Source: Rebecca billardiae RCC1528 (Eukaryota; Protista; Haptophyta). Taken from it: a stretch of DNA of 64,000 bases. Where the stretch lies: positions 3,348,001-3,412,000 of the forward strand of contig OZ251225.1 in NCBI GenBank assembly GCA_965240325.2, in the 5' to 3' direction. Of this stretch, positions 43,926 through 55,151 are shown piece after piece; the first letter of the stretch is position 1, and the number at the start of each line of letters is the position of its first letter. Made by a program: the position numbers and the translations under genes. The notes under the pieces are model-generated. The model had not been told where the DNA came from. It was given only the letters and a program-made list of their open reading frames with translations, and ran no database searches.

Positions 43926-45860
43926 ATGCTCCCGACCGAGGTGGACGTGCTTGTCGTCGGCGGCGGTCCCGTGGGCCTCGCAGCTGCCATCAATCTTGCG
44001 CGCCGCGGTGTCGACGTCCTCGTCATTGACGTGCTCGAGGAGCCCGACAACCTCACCAAGGCGAGCGGCCTCCAGCGCCGCACGCTTGAGCTCCTGCCAG
44101 CCAACGTCGGCGCTGCGATCCGTCGCGATGCTGTCGGCGTCAAGGGTATGCGCATGCAGCAGCCACGAGGCGGCGGCGCGCTGCATGCCCTCCTCGAGAT
44201 GAGCCCTAGCGACGGTGCTCCCTTCGTCTACGGCCAGGAGCAGTGGCGCACAGAGGCCATGCTGCGCGCCGAGCTCTTTTCGGTCGCAAGCTCTGGGCCT
44301 GACGTCCTGCGGCGCGGTGTGAGCCTCGAGAGCCTTGACCAGGACGAGGACGCCGTGCGCGCGCGCGTTCACCACGGCAAGACTGGCGTCTCATGCGTCA
44401 TCACAGCCAAGTACCTCTTGGGCGCCGACGGTGCGCGATCCACCGTGCGGCGCGCGCTGCAGATCCCGTTCTCGGGTGAGACGTGGTCCGACCATTCGTT
44501 CGTGGCGCTGCACAGCACGTTTCCGGGGCTCTCCGCCGCGTTTGGGGAGGAGCGCGCGGGCGCTGTGCTCTCCACCGGCGAGGGCCTCGCCGCCGGCATC
44601 GTCTTCGCCATCCCGCTCCCGCCCGCGCCCGGCCAGCCCGGAGGCGAGCGCCACTCGCACCTGGTGGTGGCCGACCTGTCGAGGGCGCAGGTGGAGGCCG
44701 AGTGGGGCGCAGCCGACGAGGGGGTGGCGCGGCCGTTCGGCGCGGCGCGCGGCGCGGTGCGCCCTCGCGCGCCTACCGCGGCGGCCATGGCCCGCCTGAT
44801 GAAGGCTCGGGGCGTCGACGTCACCCCTGTGGACGCAGAGCCCATCTGGGCCACGGCCTTTGGCGTCAACTTCCGCTTGGCCGATCGATTCCGCGTCGGC
44901 CGCGTCCTGCTGTGCGGCGACGCTGCGCACTGCCACCCGCCGATCGGCGGGCAGGGCATGAACATGGGCATCCACGACGCCGTCAACGCCGCGTGGAAGC
45001 TCGCCGCGGCCCTCGAGACCCCCGACACCCCGCCGGGGCGGCGCGCCGCCGAGGCCCTCCTCTGCTCATACGAGATCGAGCGGCGGGGCCTGGACGGCGC
45101 GCTCGTGGCAGCCATCCGGCGCGCGACAGTGGGCGCGTGCACGCGCAACGCCGTGGTCAGGGCGCTGCGCGGTCTCGCTCAGCGCGCCATGCAGCGCCTT
45201 TCTCGCCTCCAGGCCGCCGCCCTCGAGAACGCCGCCATGCTGAGCCACCACTACCGCGCATCGCCACTCTCACGCGAGGCGCTGGGGAGATTGGCAGCCG
45301 CGCACCGCTGGCTCGGAGCGGGCGGCCGCCTCCGCGCCGGTGACCGGCTGCCGCCCGCCCCGCTCTGGCCGGCGACCCCCCTGCGAGGCGATGCTGACAG
45401 CCCAACGCCCGGCGAGTCGCCTTACCCGTACGCGGGGGAGTGGCTTGTCGTGCTGTGCGATGGCGCGGCCGGCCAGGTGCCTGAGTGGGCACAGGTGCTG
45501 TCCGCCCTCGCTCCGGCCGCCAAGAGCCTGCGCCTCACGGTGGCGCGCGTGCCGCGCAGCGCGCAAGAGTCCAACGCCATGCTCGGCGCATCGGCGCCCC
45601 GCCTCGTGCTTTCCCGCCCTGATGGCTACGTCGGCCTCATCGCCGAGCCGCCCACCGCCGTTGCACCCCTCAGCTACCTTGAGGCTGTCACCGGACGCGA
45701 CCTCGGCGGCTCCGCGCTGGGAGTAGCCCCATCCCGTGCCTCCGGCCAAGCAGGCGACGGCATCGCCCCTCGTCACGCGTGGGCTGCGACACTGTCGGTC
45801 GCTGGCACGCTAATTGTGGCTGCTGCCGTCGTGCGCATGTTGGCGTCGCCGTCCTCTTGA
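43926..45860 (+). CDS. FAD-dependent monooxygenase (PheA/TfdB aromatic hydroxylase family) with C-terminal TM anchor
   Basis: VLVVGGGPVGL, YLLGADGARSTVR, RVLLCGDAAHCHPPIGGQGMNMGIHDAVN, SYEIER, RPDGYVG. Confidence 0.92.
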   Translation: MLPTEVDVLVVGGGPVGLAAAINLARRGVDVLVIDVLEEPDNLTKASGLQRRTLELLPANVGAAIRRDAVGVKGMRMQQPRGGGALHALLEMSPSDGAPFVYGQEQWRTEAMLRAELFSVASSGPDVLRRGVSLESLDQDEDAVRARVHHGKTGVSCVITAKYLLGADGARSTVRRALQIPFSGETWSDHSFVALHSTFPGLSAAFGEERAGAVLSTGEGLAAGIVFAIPLPPAPGQPGGERHSHLVVADLSRAQVEAEWGAADEGVARPFGAARGAVRPRAPTAAAMARLMKARGVDVTPVDAEPIWATAFGVNFRLADRFRVGRVLLCGDAAHCHPPIGGQGMNMGIHDAVNAAWKLAAALETPDTPPGRRAAEALLCSYEIERRGLDGALVAAIRRATVGACTRNAVVRALRGLAQRAMQRLSRLQAAALENAAMLSHHYRASPLSREALGRLAAAHRWLGAGGRLRAGDRLPPAPLWPATPLRGDADSPTPGESPYPYAGEWLVVLCDGAAGQVPEWAQVLSALAPAAKSLRLTVARVPRSAQESNAMLGASAPRLVLSRPDGYVGLIAEPPTAVAPLSYLEAVTGRDLGGSALGVAPSRASGQAGDGIAPRHAWAATLSVAGTLIVAAAVVRMLASPSS

Positions 45861-46688
45861 ACCCACCCCCCTGCTCAGCGACGACGCAACTGATATCGCG
45901 CACATCCGTTATTCAGACCGTTGGCACCGCCAGACTCTGAGACTGCCGCCCTCGGCCTCGGCCTCGGGCTCGGAGCGTCACGCGGTCCGATGGCAACGTG
46001 ACAATGTCTCCGCGCCTGCACTCCATGACCGTCTAATCCCGCGTCTCTGGCCGAGTCGGCCCGGAGAATCCGCAATGATGTCCAGTGCGCGCATGAGTCC
46101 GCGCGGCCAACCTGTGGTCCGACGACAATACTCGACGCTCGACGATCTCGTCGTCGGTCCGCCCTCGGACACTGTACGAATACTAAGCAGCTAGCAGTAG
46201 ACAGAGTCGTAGCTTCTTGTGTAGCCGACGCAGTAGTAGCAGTGAATCGTGCTGATGATGCTGCGCGCTGTCTCATAGACATAGTCTATTATATTTTGAG
46301 AGTACTCGGGCTCGGCCGACTCAGCGTGAGCGTCCGTCCGGCCGAAAGCCAATGAAAGATCGCGATGAGTTACGCGGGCCCGGGGTCCACGCGCCCGCAG
46401 TGCATCAGCATGACGCGCAGCCGCAGTCTGAGTCGCAGTCGGCACCGACTACCGTCTGTACCGAGGGCGAGGGCCGAGTACCGAGCGCGGGCTCATCGGT
46501 GGCGGCCTTATACCGTTGATTTGGCGTCGCATCATCATCGCGATGATGGCACTCGCGTCTGCTCTTGACACGCACCATGCAGCACGTGCGCACATGGAAC
46601 ACCTCGCGCGGGTGCTCAAAGCGAAGGCCGCGCGCATAGACCGCTGCCGGGCTCTAGCCCTGCTCGCCAGGATCAGCTCAGCTCCCAC

Positions 46689-47441
46689 TCAATCATCAGT
46701 GCGCACGAAGTGCAGCATGAAGTTGTTGGCAGGCATGTCGCACCGGTCTGCGAAGGCGAGATGGTGGCCTCTCGCCTCCTCGGTGAGGGCTTCGATGTCG
46801 CGAATCCCCCACTCTGCGTTGCGCGCACGCAGCGACTGGTCGAAGGCCTCGTTCGACTCTGTCGTGCATTTCCCATCCACCTTGAACGGCCCGTAGATGC
46901 AGAGCGAGCTGCCGGGGGCGAGGGCGCGGCCGGCGGCGGCGATGATGCCGCACGTGACGCTCCAGGGCGCGATGTGGCACACGTTCGAGCAGTACAAAAG
47001 GCGATACTGCCCTTCAAGGGCGCGCACGCCTGCGGGCCAATCCTCCCACGGCAGCGCGGCATCGATGGCCACAGCCGGCAGCACATTCGGGAATCGCTCG
47101 CTGCCGTGGGCATTGATGACGTGCAGGGCACGCAAGGTCTCGTCGCCTGGGCTGTCGGCTGGAGGCAGCTGCTCATCGTCATGAGCGGCGTCGAGGATCT
47201 TCTCCGATGGCTGCCACTTCAACGCCGGGAAGGCGTCGGCGAAGAACTCGATGTGCGCACCTGTCCCCGACCCGATCTCAAGCGCCGGCCCGGTCTGCGT
47301 GCCGACGCCAAGCGTGCGTAGCGCGTGGACGATCGGGCCCCGATTCCGGAGTGCGGCGGGGTGATGGACGCTCGCGCTCGTGGCGGGCGCGCCAAGCATG
47401 ACTTGCAGCACAGCTGAGACTCGCAGCCAGATGCGGCGCAT
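46689..47441 (-). CDS. METTL26: DUF938 family methyltransferase (METTL26-like)
   Basis: PAALRNRGPI, LEIGSGTGAH, WQPSE, NVCHIAPW, YGPFKVDG...SNEAFDQSLRARNAEWGIRD, MPANN; start inferred. Confidence 0.9.
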   Translation of the reverse strand: MRRIWLRVSAVLQVMLGAPATSASVHHPAALRNRGPIVHALRTLGVGTQTGPALEIGSGTGAHIEFFADAFPALKWQPSEKILDAAHDDEQLPPADSPGDETLRALHVINAHGSERFPNVLPAVAIDAALPWEDWPAGVRALEGQYRLLYCSNVCHIAPWSVTCGIIAAAGRALAPGSSLCIYGPFKVDGKCTTESNEAFDQSLRARNAEWGIRDIEALTEEARGHHLAFADRCDMPANNFMLHFVRTDD

Positions 47442-47544
47442 GCTTGCCTCAGTCGCGCGAACCCGCCATCGTGCGCACGCGAGCCACTTGTCGAGTCGTC
47501 GCCGCCACGCGGCCACAGCCGCCCTCATCGACCCGGCGGTCGCG

Positions 47545-49054
47545 ATGGACATCACGCCGGTGGTGCTCGCTGGCGGCCATGGCGAGCGCATGCTCCCGCT
47601 GACGAAGGACGTGGCAAAGGCGCTCCTCCCCGTGGCAAACAGGCCTCTGATCTCCCTCCCGCTCGGACACCTCGAGCGCTGCGGATTCCAGACCGCCATC
47701 GTCGTCACTGTCGAGTCGATCGCCAACCAGCTGAAGGCGTTCCTCGCAGAGCAGCACACGGGGGCGCTCAAAGTGGACCTCGTGACCGTCCCCGACGAGT
47801 CTGACACGGCAGAGGCCCTTCTTGCCGCGAAGGGCAAGGTGCGCGGCGACGTGCTCGTCCTCTGCGCCGACCTCGTGACCGACGTGCCCCTGCAGCGGCT
47901 CGCGGATCTGCACCACGTGCGCGACTCCGCGGTGACCGTGCTCTTGAAAGAGAAGGCCCCGCCGCGCGAGGGGAAGGCGCCCCCGTGGCAGGACGCGATC
48001 GTGCTCGACGCCTCGAAGGAGCAAATCCTGTACATGGCCGCAGCCACCGACTGCGAGGGCTCCGTCGACTTGCGAGCGTCGCTGCTGCGCGAGCACGGAC
48101 ACGCGCGCATCTTCACCTCGCTCACGGACGTGCACTGCTACATCTTCGCGCGCTGGGTGTTCGAGCTGCTCGAGTCGCGCTCGCAGCTCTCGAACATCCG
48201 GTTCGAGCTGCTCCCCTTCCTGCTGCGCCACCAGTACATCCGCTCGGAGCACCCGCTGCCAGAGGTGCGGCGTCTCGCGCGGGCGCGCGGGTGCCACGCG
48301 CGGTGCCACCCACGCATGTTTTTGTGTGCCACGCGCGCGATGCGACCGCGACGAGCCGAGGGACGTGGGAGGGCGAGCGCGTGGCGACAATTGCGCGCGG
48401 CGGGCGCCCCGTGCGCGCGCGCTCGCCCCAAACCCGCGCTCACGCGCATGACACCGCGCGCCCGCGCCCGCGTGCCGTGCCCCGCGCCCTGCGCCCGTTG
48501 CGGCTGCTGCCTCGCCCCAGGCATCGCGCGCGCAATCGAGTGCGGGGGGTGCCGGCGCGGACTCGGCAGACGCGGCGGCGCTGCTGCACTGCGCGTGCCT
48601 CATCGAGCCCGCTGCGGGGGGGCTGTGCGTGCGCGCCAACACGCTCACCTCCTACCTCGAGGTCAATCTCGAGGTCGCGCGCGGAGCGATCAAGCAGCCT
48701 GGGGCTGTGCCGCCGAGCAAGGGCGAGGTGGGCGGGAGGAGCGGGTTCGGCGCGGAGTGCGTGCGTGGGGAGGGGGTCGAGCTCGGGCAGCAGACCGTCG
48801 TGAAGCGCTCGGTGATCGGCGACCACTGCCGCATCGGCGCCAACGTGAAGCTCGCCAACTGCGTGGTGATGGACCACGTGCAGCTCGGCGACAGGGTGAA
48901 CGCGACCAACTGCATCATCTGCAGCAACGCAGAGGTGCGCCAGGGCGCGACGCTCAAAGACTGCCGCGTCGGCGCGGCCTTCACCGTCGAGGAGGGCGTC
49001 AACGAGAAGAACCAGGTGCTCTGCAAGCACGAGATCATGGACGAGGGGGAGTAG
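47545..49054 (+). CDS. EIF2B3: Translation initiation factor eIF2B gamma, 2 exons (47545-48264, 48521-49054; about 417 aa)
   Basis: VVLAGGHGERMLPL...KALLPVANRPLI, LTDVHCYIF; a GT-AG intron joins to CVRANTLTSYLEVN and a left-handed beta-helix KRSVIGDHCRIG. Confidence 0.88.
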
Positions 49055-49766
49055 CGCGCGTGTGATGCCCCACCGCGGAATCGGGTGGACGCTGCCCAAT
49101 CGACAGTCGGGTCAGCAATGCTGTCCGAAGGCCGGGGAGCCCACAGTCTGTGATGCTGCGCACCACTGATTGGCACCCTGTGCTGCTGCATGGCCTGTGC
49201 GCACACTGGACACGTACGCATGACCCCGGGGCGCTGACGACGACCGCGTCGGCGTCGACCGCGGACCGGTCTGCTGAGCCGGGACGTGCTCCGGGTGCCC
49301 GAGTGTTAGTTGCTAGATGACCTGGCACCGTATAAAAGCTATATAATAACTACAGCAGTAGATAGCTGCTAGTAGTAGTAGTACACGGAATTTCGTCGGA
49401 AATACTATATATACGGCGGTAATATACCGATTATACGGACACGGTCCGTGACGTCAACGCCAACGGTCTGTAGTAGCTCTCCAAGAATCAGAATAACGGC
49501 ACGCAATATACCGAGACTCGCCTTGTGCCCTTGTGCCTTGTGGGGCCCCTCGAGTCTCGACCGAGATTATCCCGATCGGAACAAGCGCACTGCTCACTAC
49601 TACTCAGTATCGAAGCGCAGCTCGTCATCATATCAGCCAGCACGTCAGCTGAGTTCCTGAGCGCATCAGCAGTAGCAGATGAGTCTCATAGCAGATTTGC
49701 TGCTGTGCGTACGTATATTATTCATTCGATCGGGCACTAGATAAGCAAGCTGATGCCCGACGAAAA

Positions 49767-52469
49767 TCAGTGTGAGTGCGTGGGCATCTCGCTAAAGCGG
49801 CGGACGGTGCCCTCCATGGCGTCACGGTCTGCTCTGAGCTCGTCGAGCACTGGGCGCGTGTGCTGTGCCACCACGTCGGGCCACATGCGGTTGAGCTCCT
49901 GCAGCTTCCCGTTGATCGCGAGCGCGTGTTCGAGCACGCCGCCGACGAACTCGGCGGCCACCTTGCGCGTCGCCTGGCTGCTCGCCGAGTGCGACGGGCG
50001 CGTGGTCGCGGCGCTGGCCGCTCGACTGCTGGGCGAGTGCGCGCGCGGGGCCGGCTTGGCGAGGCGGTTGAGCGCGGCGAAGCGCGTGAGCGCCTCCTCG
50101 CGCTCGCGGCCGTCCACCTCGACGCCGTTCAGCTCGCGCAGCTCCGGCAGCTGCGAGACGAGCACGCCGCGCACGAACGGCTGCGCGCGCAGCCCGTCGA
50201 GCGCGGCGCGCGGCGTCGGGCTCAGCGCGCCCTCCGGCGACGTGGCGCTGAGCCCCGCCACCTCGGTGATGGTGAGCGAGAGTATGGTGCCCGGCAGCGT
50301 GCGCGCGAGCTCGTACGCCTGCGCGAGGCTGCTCACGTCGCATGCCTCGAGCGAGAGCGCCGAGAGCGCCGGCAGCCCGGCGAGGAAGGGCAGCCAGCGG
50401 CGCGTCGCGTGCCGCGGGGACATGTACGCGAGGCTGGCTGAGGTGCAGCTCTCCACGCCGCCCAGGGGCTGCGGCAGGGGGGCGCCGGCGAGGTCGGGCA
50501 CGGGGTGGTGGCCGTACACTCGGAGCCGCCGCCCCTGCACCTCCGCCCAGCTCGTCGGGCCCGGGTCCTCGCCCTGCTCCGGGCCGTCCGACGTAGCCGC
50601 CGCGCCGCCGCCCGCCTTGCGCTCGCCGTCGTGCGACGCCGTCGCCGCCGGATCGGCCGGCGCCGCGTGGTGCTGCCGCCGGGCGGCGTACGCGCGCTTC
50701 GCGCCGGAGATGGCGAGCGCGCGCTCTTCTACGAAGGTGGGCTTCGAAGCCGCCCCCGCCGCCGCCGCGCCGGGCCTCAGCGCCGGCGGGAAGGACGACG
50801 ACGACGCTGGCGACGAGTGCGCGGGCGGCGCGGGCGCTCCCACGGGCGCCGCGCTGGCGCTAGCGCAGCCGATGGCGCCCACCACCGCGGCGCTGGCGGA
50901 CGAGGAGGGCGTGGGCGGGTCTCGCGGGGGCGTGGAGATGCTGGCACTCGCGCTCACCGCGCTCACGCCCAGCGCGCAACCCGCCGCGTGCTGCCGCGCC
51001 GCGCCGGCCGCGCCGCCCCCGCGCCGAGACAGCTCAGCCTCGCGCGGAGGGGTCGCGCCCAGAGCCTCGGCGGCGCCCTGCTGCCGATCGAGGTCGGTGA
51101 CCTTCTTGAGGTCGAGGTAGCGCAGCGAGGGGAGCGCATGCACGACGAGCGGTCGGTACGCGGGCAGCGAGCACAGCGGGTTCCCGTCGAGCGCGAGCTC
51201 GCTCAGCTGCGGCAGCTCGAGCAGCCGACCGAGCGCCTCCGCTGAGCCCAGCTGATTATTGGAGAGGAACACGCGCTGCAGCCCGCGCAGCTCGCCCGCC
51301 TCGTCGGCGGTGGTGAGCGCGTTGCGCCGCAGGTTGAGCTCGGCGAGCGCCTGCAGCCCCTTCACGTTCTCCACCGCCTCGATCTGGTTCCCCGCCAGGT
51401 TGAGCACGCGCAGCTCGCGCAGCTGCTCGAGCCGCTGGATGCGGCGCAGCCGGTTGCAGTGCAGGTCGAGCACGTCGAGCCGGGGCAGGCCCTCGAGGCC
51501 CTCGATCTTCTCGATGTCGTTCTTGCCGAGCATGAGCACGCGCAGCGTGGGCACCGCGTCCAGCCCGCCGATCCGCGTGATCTGGTTGTTGTACAGGTCG
51601 AGGAAGATCAGGTTGGGCAGGTTGTGCAAGTTGGCGATCAGCTCGATCGAGTTGTTCTGGTAGTTGAGCAGCCGCAGCCGGTCCTCGCCCTCGAGGATGG
51701 GGCACGCGCGCAGCCCGCGCCGGTCGAGGTTGAGCCGCTCGGGGTTCACCATGCGCTCCGCCTTCGAGCGGTACAGCACGGACTGGCCCGCCGAGTAGGG
51801 CGTCTCGAGGAGCATGACCGCGTCGTCCGGCGCGCTCGCGGCCGCGGTTCCGATGATACCGGCGCTGCCGCCGCTGGGCAGCAGCGGCGGGCGCTGCGGG
51901 CGGGACGGCGCCGTGTGCACGCGCGTGACGTCCGCCTCTGAGCTCCGGCGCACGCCGGCCGAAGCCAGTCGGCGCGGCTGCATGCCCCGCGCCACCGCGG
52001 GCGCCACGCCGCCCGGTCCGTCGAGCGTGGACTGGCCCTGCACGACCGCGTGCATCCGGCCGGCGGTGCGTGGCGCGGCCGCCGACACGGGGCGATCGCG
52101 CGGTCCGGGGGCTATCGTGTGCACGCCCGCGACCGGCCGCGCCGCGCCGCCGATGCGCTCGAGAAGCGCGAGCGTGCGCGGGTCGGGCCCGCGCAGGTCG
52201 CGCTGCATGCTGTTAGAGCGCAGCGGGTGATGCTCTCCGCCGTCACGCCGTGTGAAGGATGAAAGCGCCGCGCAGCAGGACTGTGGCGGCTGGCGCCGGA
52301 CTGTTCCGGTCACCAGCTGGGCAGGGGCGCAGGGCGGTGGCTGCCTCCGCGCCGGCCGAGGCGCCACAGCGCCGACCTCGTGGCGGGGAGCGATGTTCAG
52401 CGCGGCACAGGCGCACGCGCGTCGCCTCGCGCTCGACGACCTGCCACCCGAGGTGCTCGACCGCATCAT
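49767..52469 (-). CDS. LRRC49: Leucine-rich repeat protein 49-like (cilium/centriole, tubulin polyglutamylase-associated)
   Basis: YRSKAERMVNPERLNLDRRGLRACPILEGEDRLRLLNYQNN followed by SDS22-like LRRs and LRRcap-like motifs; start uncertain (52469 or 52208). Confidence 0.8.
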   Translation of the reverse strand: MMRSSTSGGRSSSARRRACACAALNIAPRHEVGAVAPRPARRQPPPCAPAQLVTGTVRRQPPQSCCAALSSFTRRDGGEHHPLRSNSMQRDLRGPDPRTLALLERIGGAARPVAGVHTIAPGPRDRPVSAAAPRTAGRMHAVVQGQSTLDGPGGVAPAVARGMQPRRLASAGVRRSSEADVTRVHTAPSRPQRPPLLPSGGSAGIIGTAAASAPDDAVMLLETPYSAGQSVLYRSKAERMVNPERLNLDRRGLRACPILEGEDRLRLLNYQNNSIELIANLHNLPNLIFLDLYNNQITRIGGLDAVPTLRVLMLGKNDIEKIEGLEGLPRLDVLDLHCNRLRRIQRLEQLRELRVLNLAGNQIEAVENVKGLQALAELNLRRNALTTADEAGELRGLQRVFLSNNQLGSAEALGRLLELPQLSELALDGNPLCSLPAYRPLVVHALPSLRYLDLKKVTDLDRQQGAAEALGATPPREAELSRRGGGAAGAARQHAAGCALGVSAVSASASISTPPRDPPTPSSSASAAVVGAIGCASASAAPVGAPAPPAHSSPASSSSFPPALRPGAAAAGAASKPTFVEERALAISGAKRAYAARRQHHAAPADPAATASHDGERKAGGGAAATSDGPEQGEDPGPTSWAEVQGRRLRVYGHHPVPDLAGAPLPQPLGGVESCTSASLAYMSPRHATRRWLPFLAGLPALSALSLEACDVSSLAQAYELARTLPGTILSLTITEVAGLSATSPEGALSPTPRAALDGLRAQPFVRGVLVSQLPELRELNGVEVDGREREEALTRFAALNRLAKPAPRAHSPSSRAASAATTRPSHSASSQATRKVAAEFVGGVLEHALAINGKLQELNRMWPDVVAQHTRPVLDELRADRDAMEGTVRRFSEMPTHSH

Positions 52470-53505
52470 CTCGCCCGTGCCGCCGCGCGACCTGAGCTTG
52501 TCCGTTCGTGCGGTTTCAGAATGATGGTGGCCATGGCGCGGGCGACTGACTCGGTCAGATCTCAATCGGATCCGGTCTGCCCGGCCATCGTGCATGCCAT
52601 GAGCGCACTGATCAGCGCATGAATGGGGACGTCGCCAGACGAGAGAATCCGTCATATATATACCTTATAGTGCCTCGAGTGCGGCAGTGCGCGTGCGAGA
52701 AGATAACATCAAGCCAGCCAGTGTGGTGGCGCGTGCAGCCTTCGGGCCGATGTAATCCCGCGTCGCCACTTGCTCGGTCTGATTCTGACGCGGAGGTCGG
52801 CGGTGCGCATACACGGGCGCATGCTGCCGATGCAGCAGAATGGCATCGTCGTATGCAGCTCCACCTGGCTATGACATCCACCCCATCGAACAGCGCCAGG
52901 CGCGCCATCCCGCGCGAGTAATCGCATGATGCATGCGTGGGTACTCAGTCAGTACGGCACGCCGCTGAATCCGGGGGCCGGGACTGTCGAGTTGGGACGT
53001 CGTACGGCCTGCGCGTGAGCAGGCAGAAGATACACTCTGCGCACTACAAGAGCCCCCAGCTTCCCCACCGCGGGAGAGCGGCCGCGCAGCTGTCTGCTGG
53101 ATTTCCCTGTGCTGGCTCCTCCTCCTTCGTGGACAGCTGCTTGGACGGCGGAGGTGAGGACCAGGTGAGGAGGTGTCCAGCTGCAAACGGGCGTGGGTTT
53201 CGTCCTTCTGATCATGCGGTCGCACGAACCGGTACCTTGACGACTACTAGGCTTGGGCAAATCAAAGGGTAGCGTTGAGCGAACTGGGTATGTTGCACTC
53301 ACTTCGCCCAACACTTTCCGACTGAACATTCTCGGCGACGAAGGTACAATGGCCAATCAGAGCGCGCGCTCTGTCATTCGCGGTTCGTCGTGACGAGTCC
53401 CCCGTCGCCGATAGGCCGATTTCAGGCGGAGAGCCGGAGCCAACTTCCCGCTTTCCGTCCATCAACCGCGCGAACACACACGGCAGCAACAACAACACAC
53501 GACTC

Positions 53506-54261
53506 ATGACGATCAGCGACCAGCTCCCAACCAGCCCGGGCGGCACGACGAGGATGCAGGCGCACCCACACCACGAGGCGCACGCGACGCACACGGGCAA
53601 GCACGAGTTCCACAAGCAGACCAGCCTGGAGGACGTCCTCGGCGAGGACCGCGAGAAGCGCAGGTCGGTCAGCGAGCTCGTCGGCGAGGAGTTCCGCCAA
53701 CCGTTCACGCTCCACGTGCGCGCCTGCACTCGCGCTCATGCCGCGCGCGCGTCTCGGCGCCACTCTCTCCCCCGTGCTTGCTCGTTTGGCCCCTCCCCGC
53801 CCGCGTTGTCTCACGCACACGCTCCCCGCTCCTCGCCCGCGCGGCGCGCGTGCACACCGCAGGAGCGGGATGAGGTCGACACATCGGCGAAAGCGGTGAC
53901 GGCGAAGGACGTCGCGCAGGCGGGCCGGGCGCAGGTGGCACACGACCACCACATGGCGCAGCGTGAGGCGTCCAAGGGCTTCCTGCACGCGAGCCCGGCG
54001 GGCGTGGCCCCCCTGAACGCGCACATTGCGCAGTACGCCGAGGCGAGCACCGTCGGCGCGGGCGGGCACGCGACGCAGAAATTCCCGGCTCAGCACGACA
54101 AGGTGGAGAAGGCGGCGGCGGCGCAGGGCGGTGCTGCAAGGCGGGTGCGCTCGGCCTCGCTCGAGGCGGCGGAGATCGCCAAGCACATGGAGATGGACCA
54201 GCTGCGCGAGGCCCAGAAGAACTACGCGCTGCACGCCGAGATCGAGGCGGCGAAGCGCTAG
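53506..54261 (+). CDS. Small hydrophilic His-rich protein of unknown function, probable intron 53716-53862
   Basis: Coding-like codon usage either side of an in-frame 147-nt gtgcgc...cgcag segment; CCAAT at about 53353 upstream. Confidence 0.65.
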   Translation: MTISDQLPTSPGGTTRMQAHPHHEAHATHTGKHEFHKQTSLEDVLGEDREKRRSVSELVGEEFRQPFTLHVRACTRAHAARASRRHSLPRACSFGPSPPALSHAHAPRSSPARRACTPQERDEVDTSAKAVTAKDVAQAGRAQVAHDHHMAQREASKGFLHASPAGVAPLNAHIAQYAEASTVGAGGHATQKFPAQHDKVEKAAAAQGGAARRVRSASLEAAEIAKHMEMDQLREAQKNYALHAEIEAAKR

Positions 54262-55151
54262 CGTCGGCCGGCGGGCTCGGCTACGACCAAGCGCGCGTCT
54301 CACGCTTTGTGAGTGTGACCATTGTTTGCGTCGACGATGCGCGCATCACTCTCCCTGCCCCTCTGCATCACTCGAACTCTTAATCAAGCGCACGCGGCAC
54401 GCCCGTGGGCTTTGCGCCCGCCCGCGGCGTTCCAAGTTAGAGCACCTTCCCCACCGTATTGTGATGGTGACGATCGAGTTGCGATCCGACTCCGAGCAGC
54501 AGAAGATGGGTCTCAGCTCAACCATGAGAACCCACATATGAGCACACGTAGTACGATACATTATTGTCGCTCGTCTTAAAATAAATGCATCACAGTCACA
54601 GTGTAGTATAGTCTAGCAAGTTGAAGTAGCCATCACTCATTGACTGACTCATCAGTGCCGCCACGCCAGTGTCAGTGAGTAGTGACGCCGGTCAACTACC
54701 GTAACTGCCAACCAATACTAGTCATCGCCCGAGCCGAGGCCCCGACTCCCGAGGCCGACGGGCACGGATCGGACGGCCGGACGTCGTCCGACGGATGACG
54801 GAGAACGACGATGACGAGTCCGCCTCTGCTTAGACTAGCTGCTAGCCTCTGTCGTGCTGTCGTCAGCCGGCTCCGGCTGGCCGCGCTGACCGCGGGCCGC
54901 TGCGTCCGCGGCACTGGCCGCAGCTTTGGCGCCTCGGGAGTCGGGCACCGGCGGGGGCAGTCTGGCGAACGACGATGAGGCACATTCTGCTAAGTGGGGC
55001 TGAAATGCTGATCGGCCGCGCGGGCCCCGAGTGGCCGTTATGACGCGGGCCCGCGCATGACGACCGCCTCACGACTCCGTGTCAATTGCACAGCCCGACC
55101 GTGTCGGTCTGACCGTGTCGACGCTGATGCGACCACGCCGACTGTCACTGA

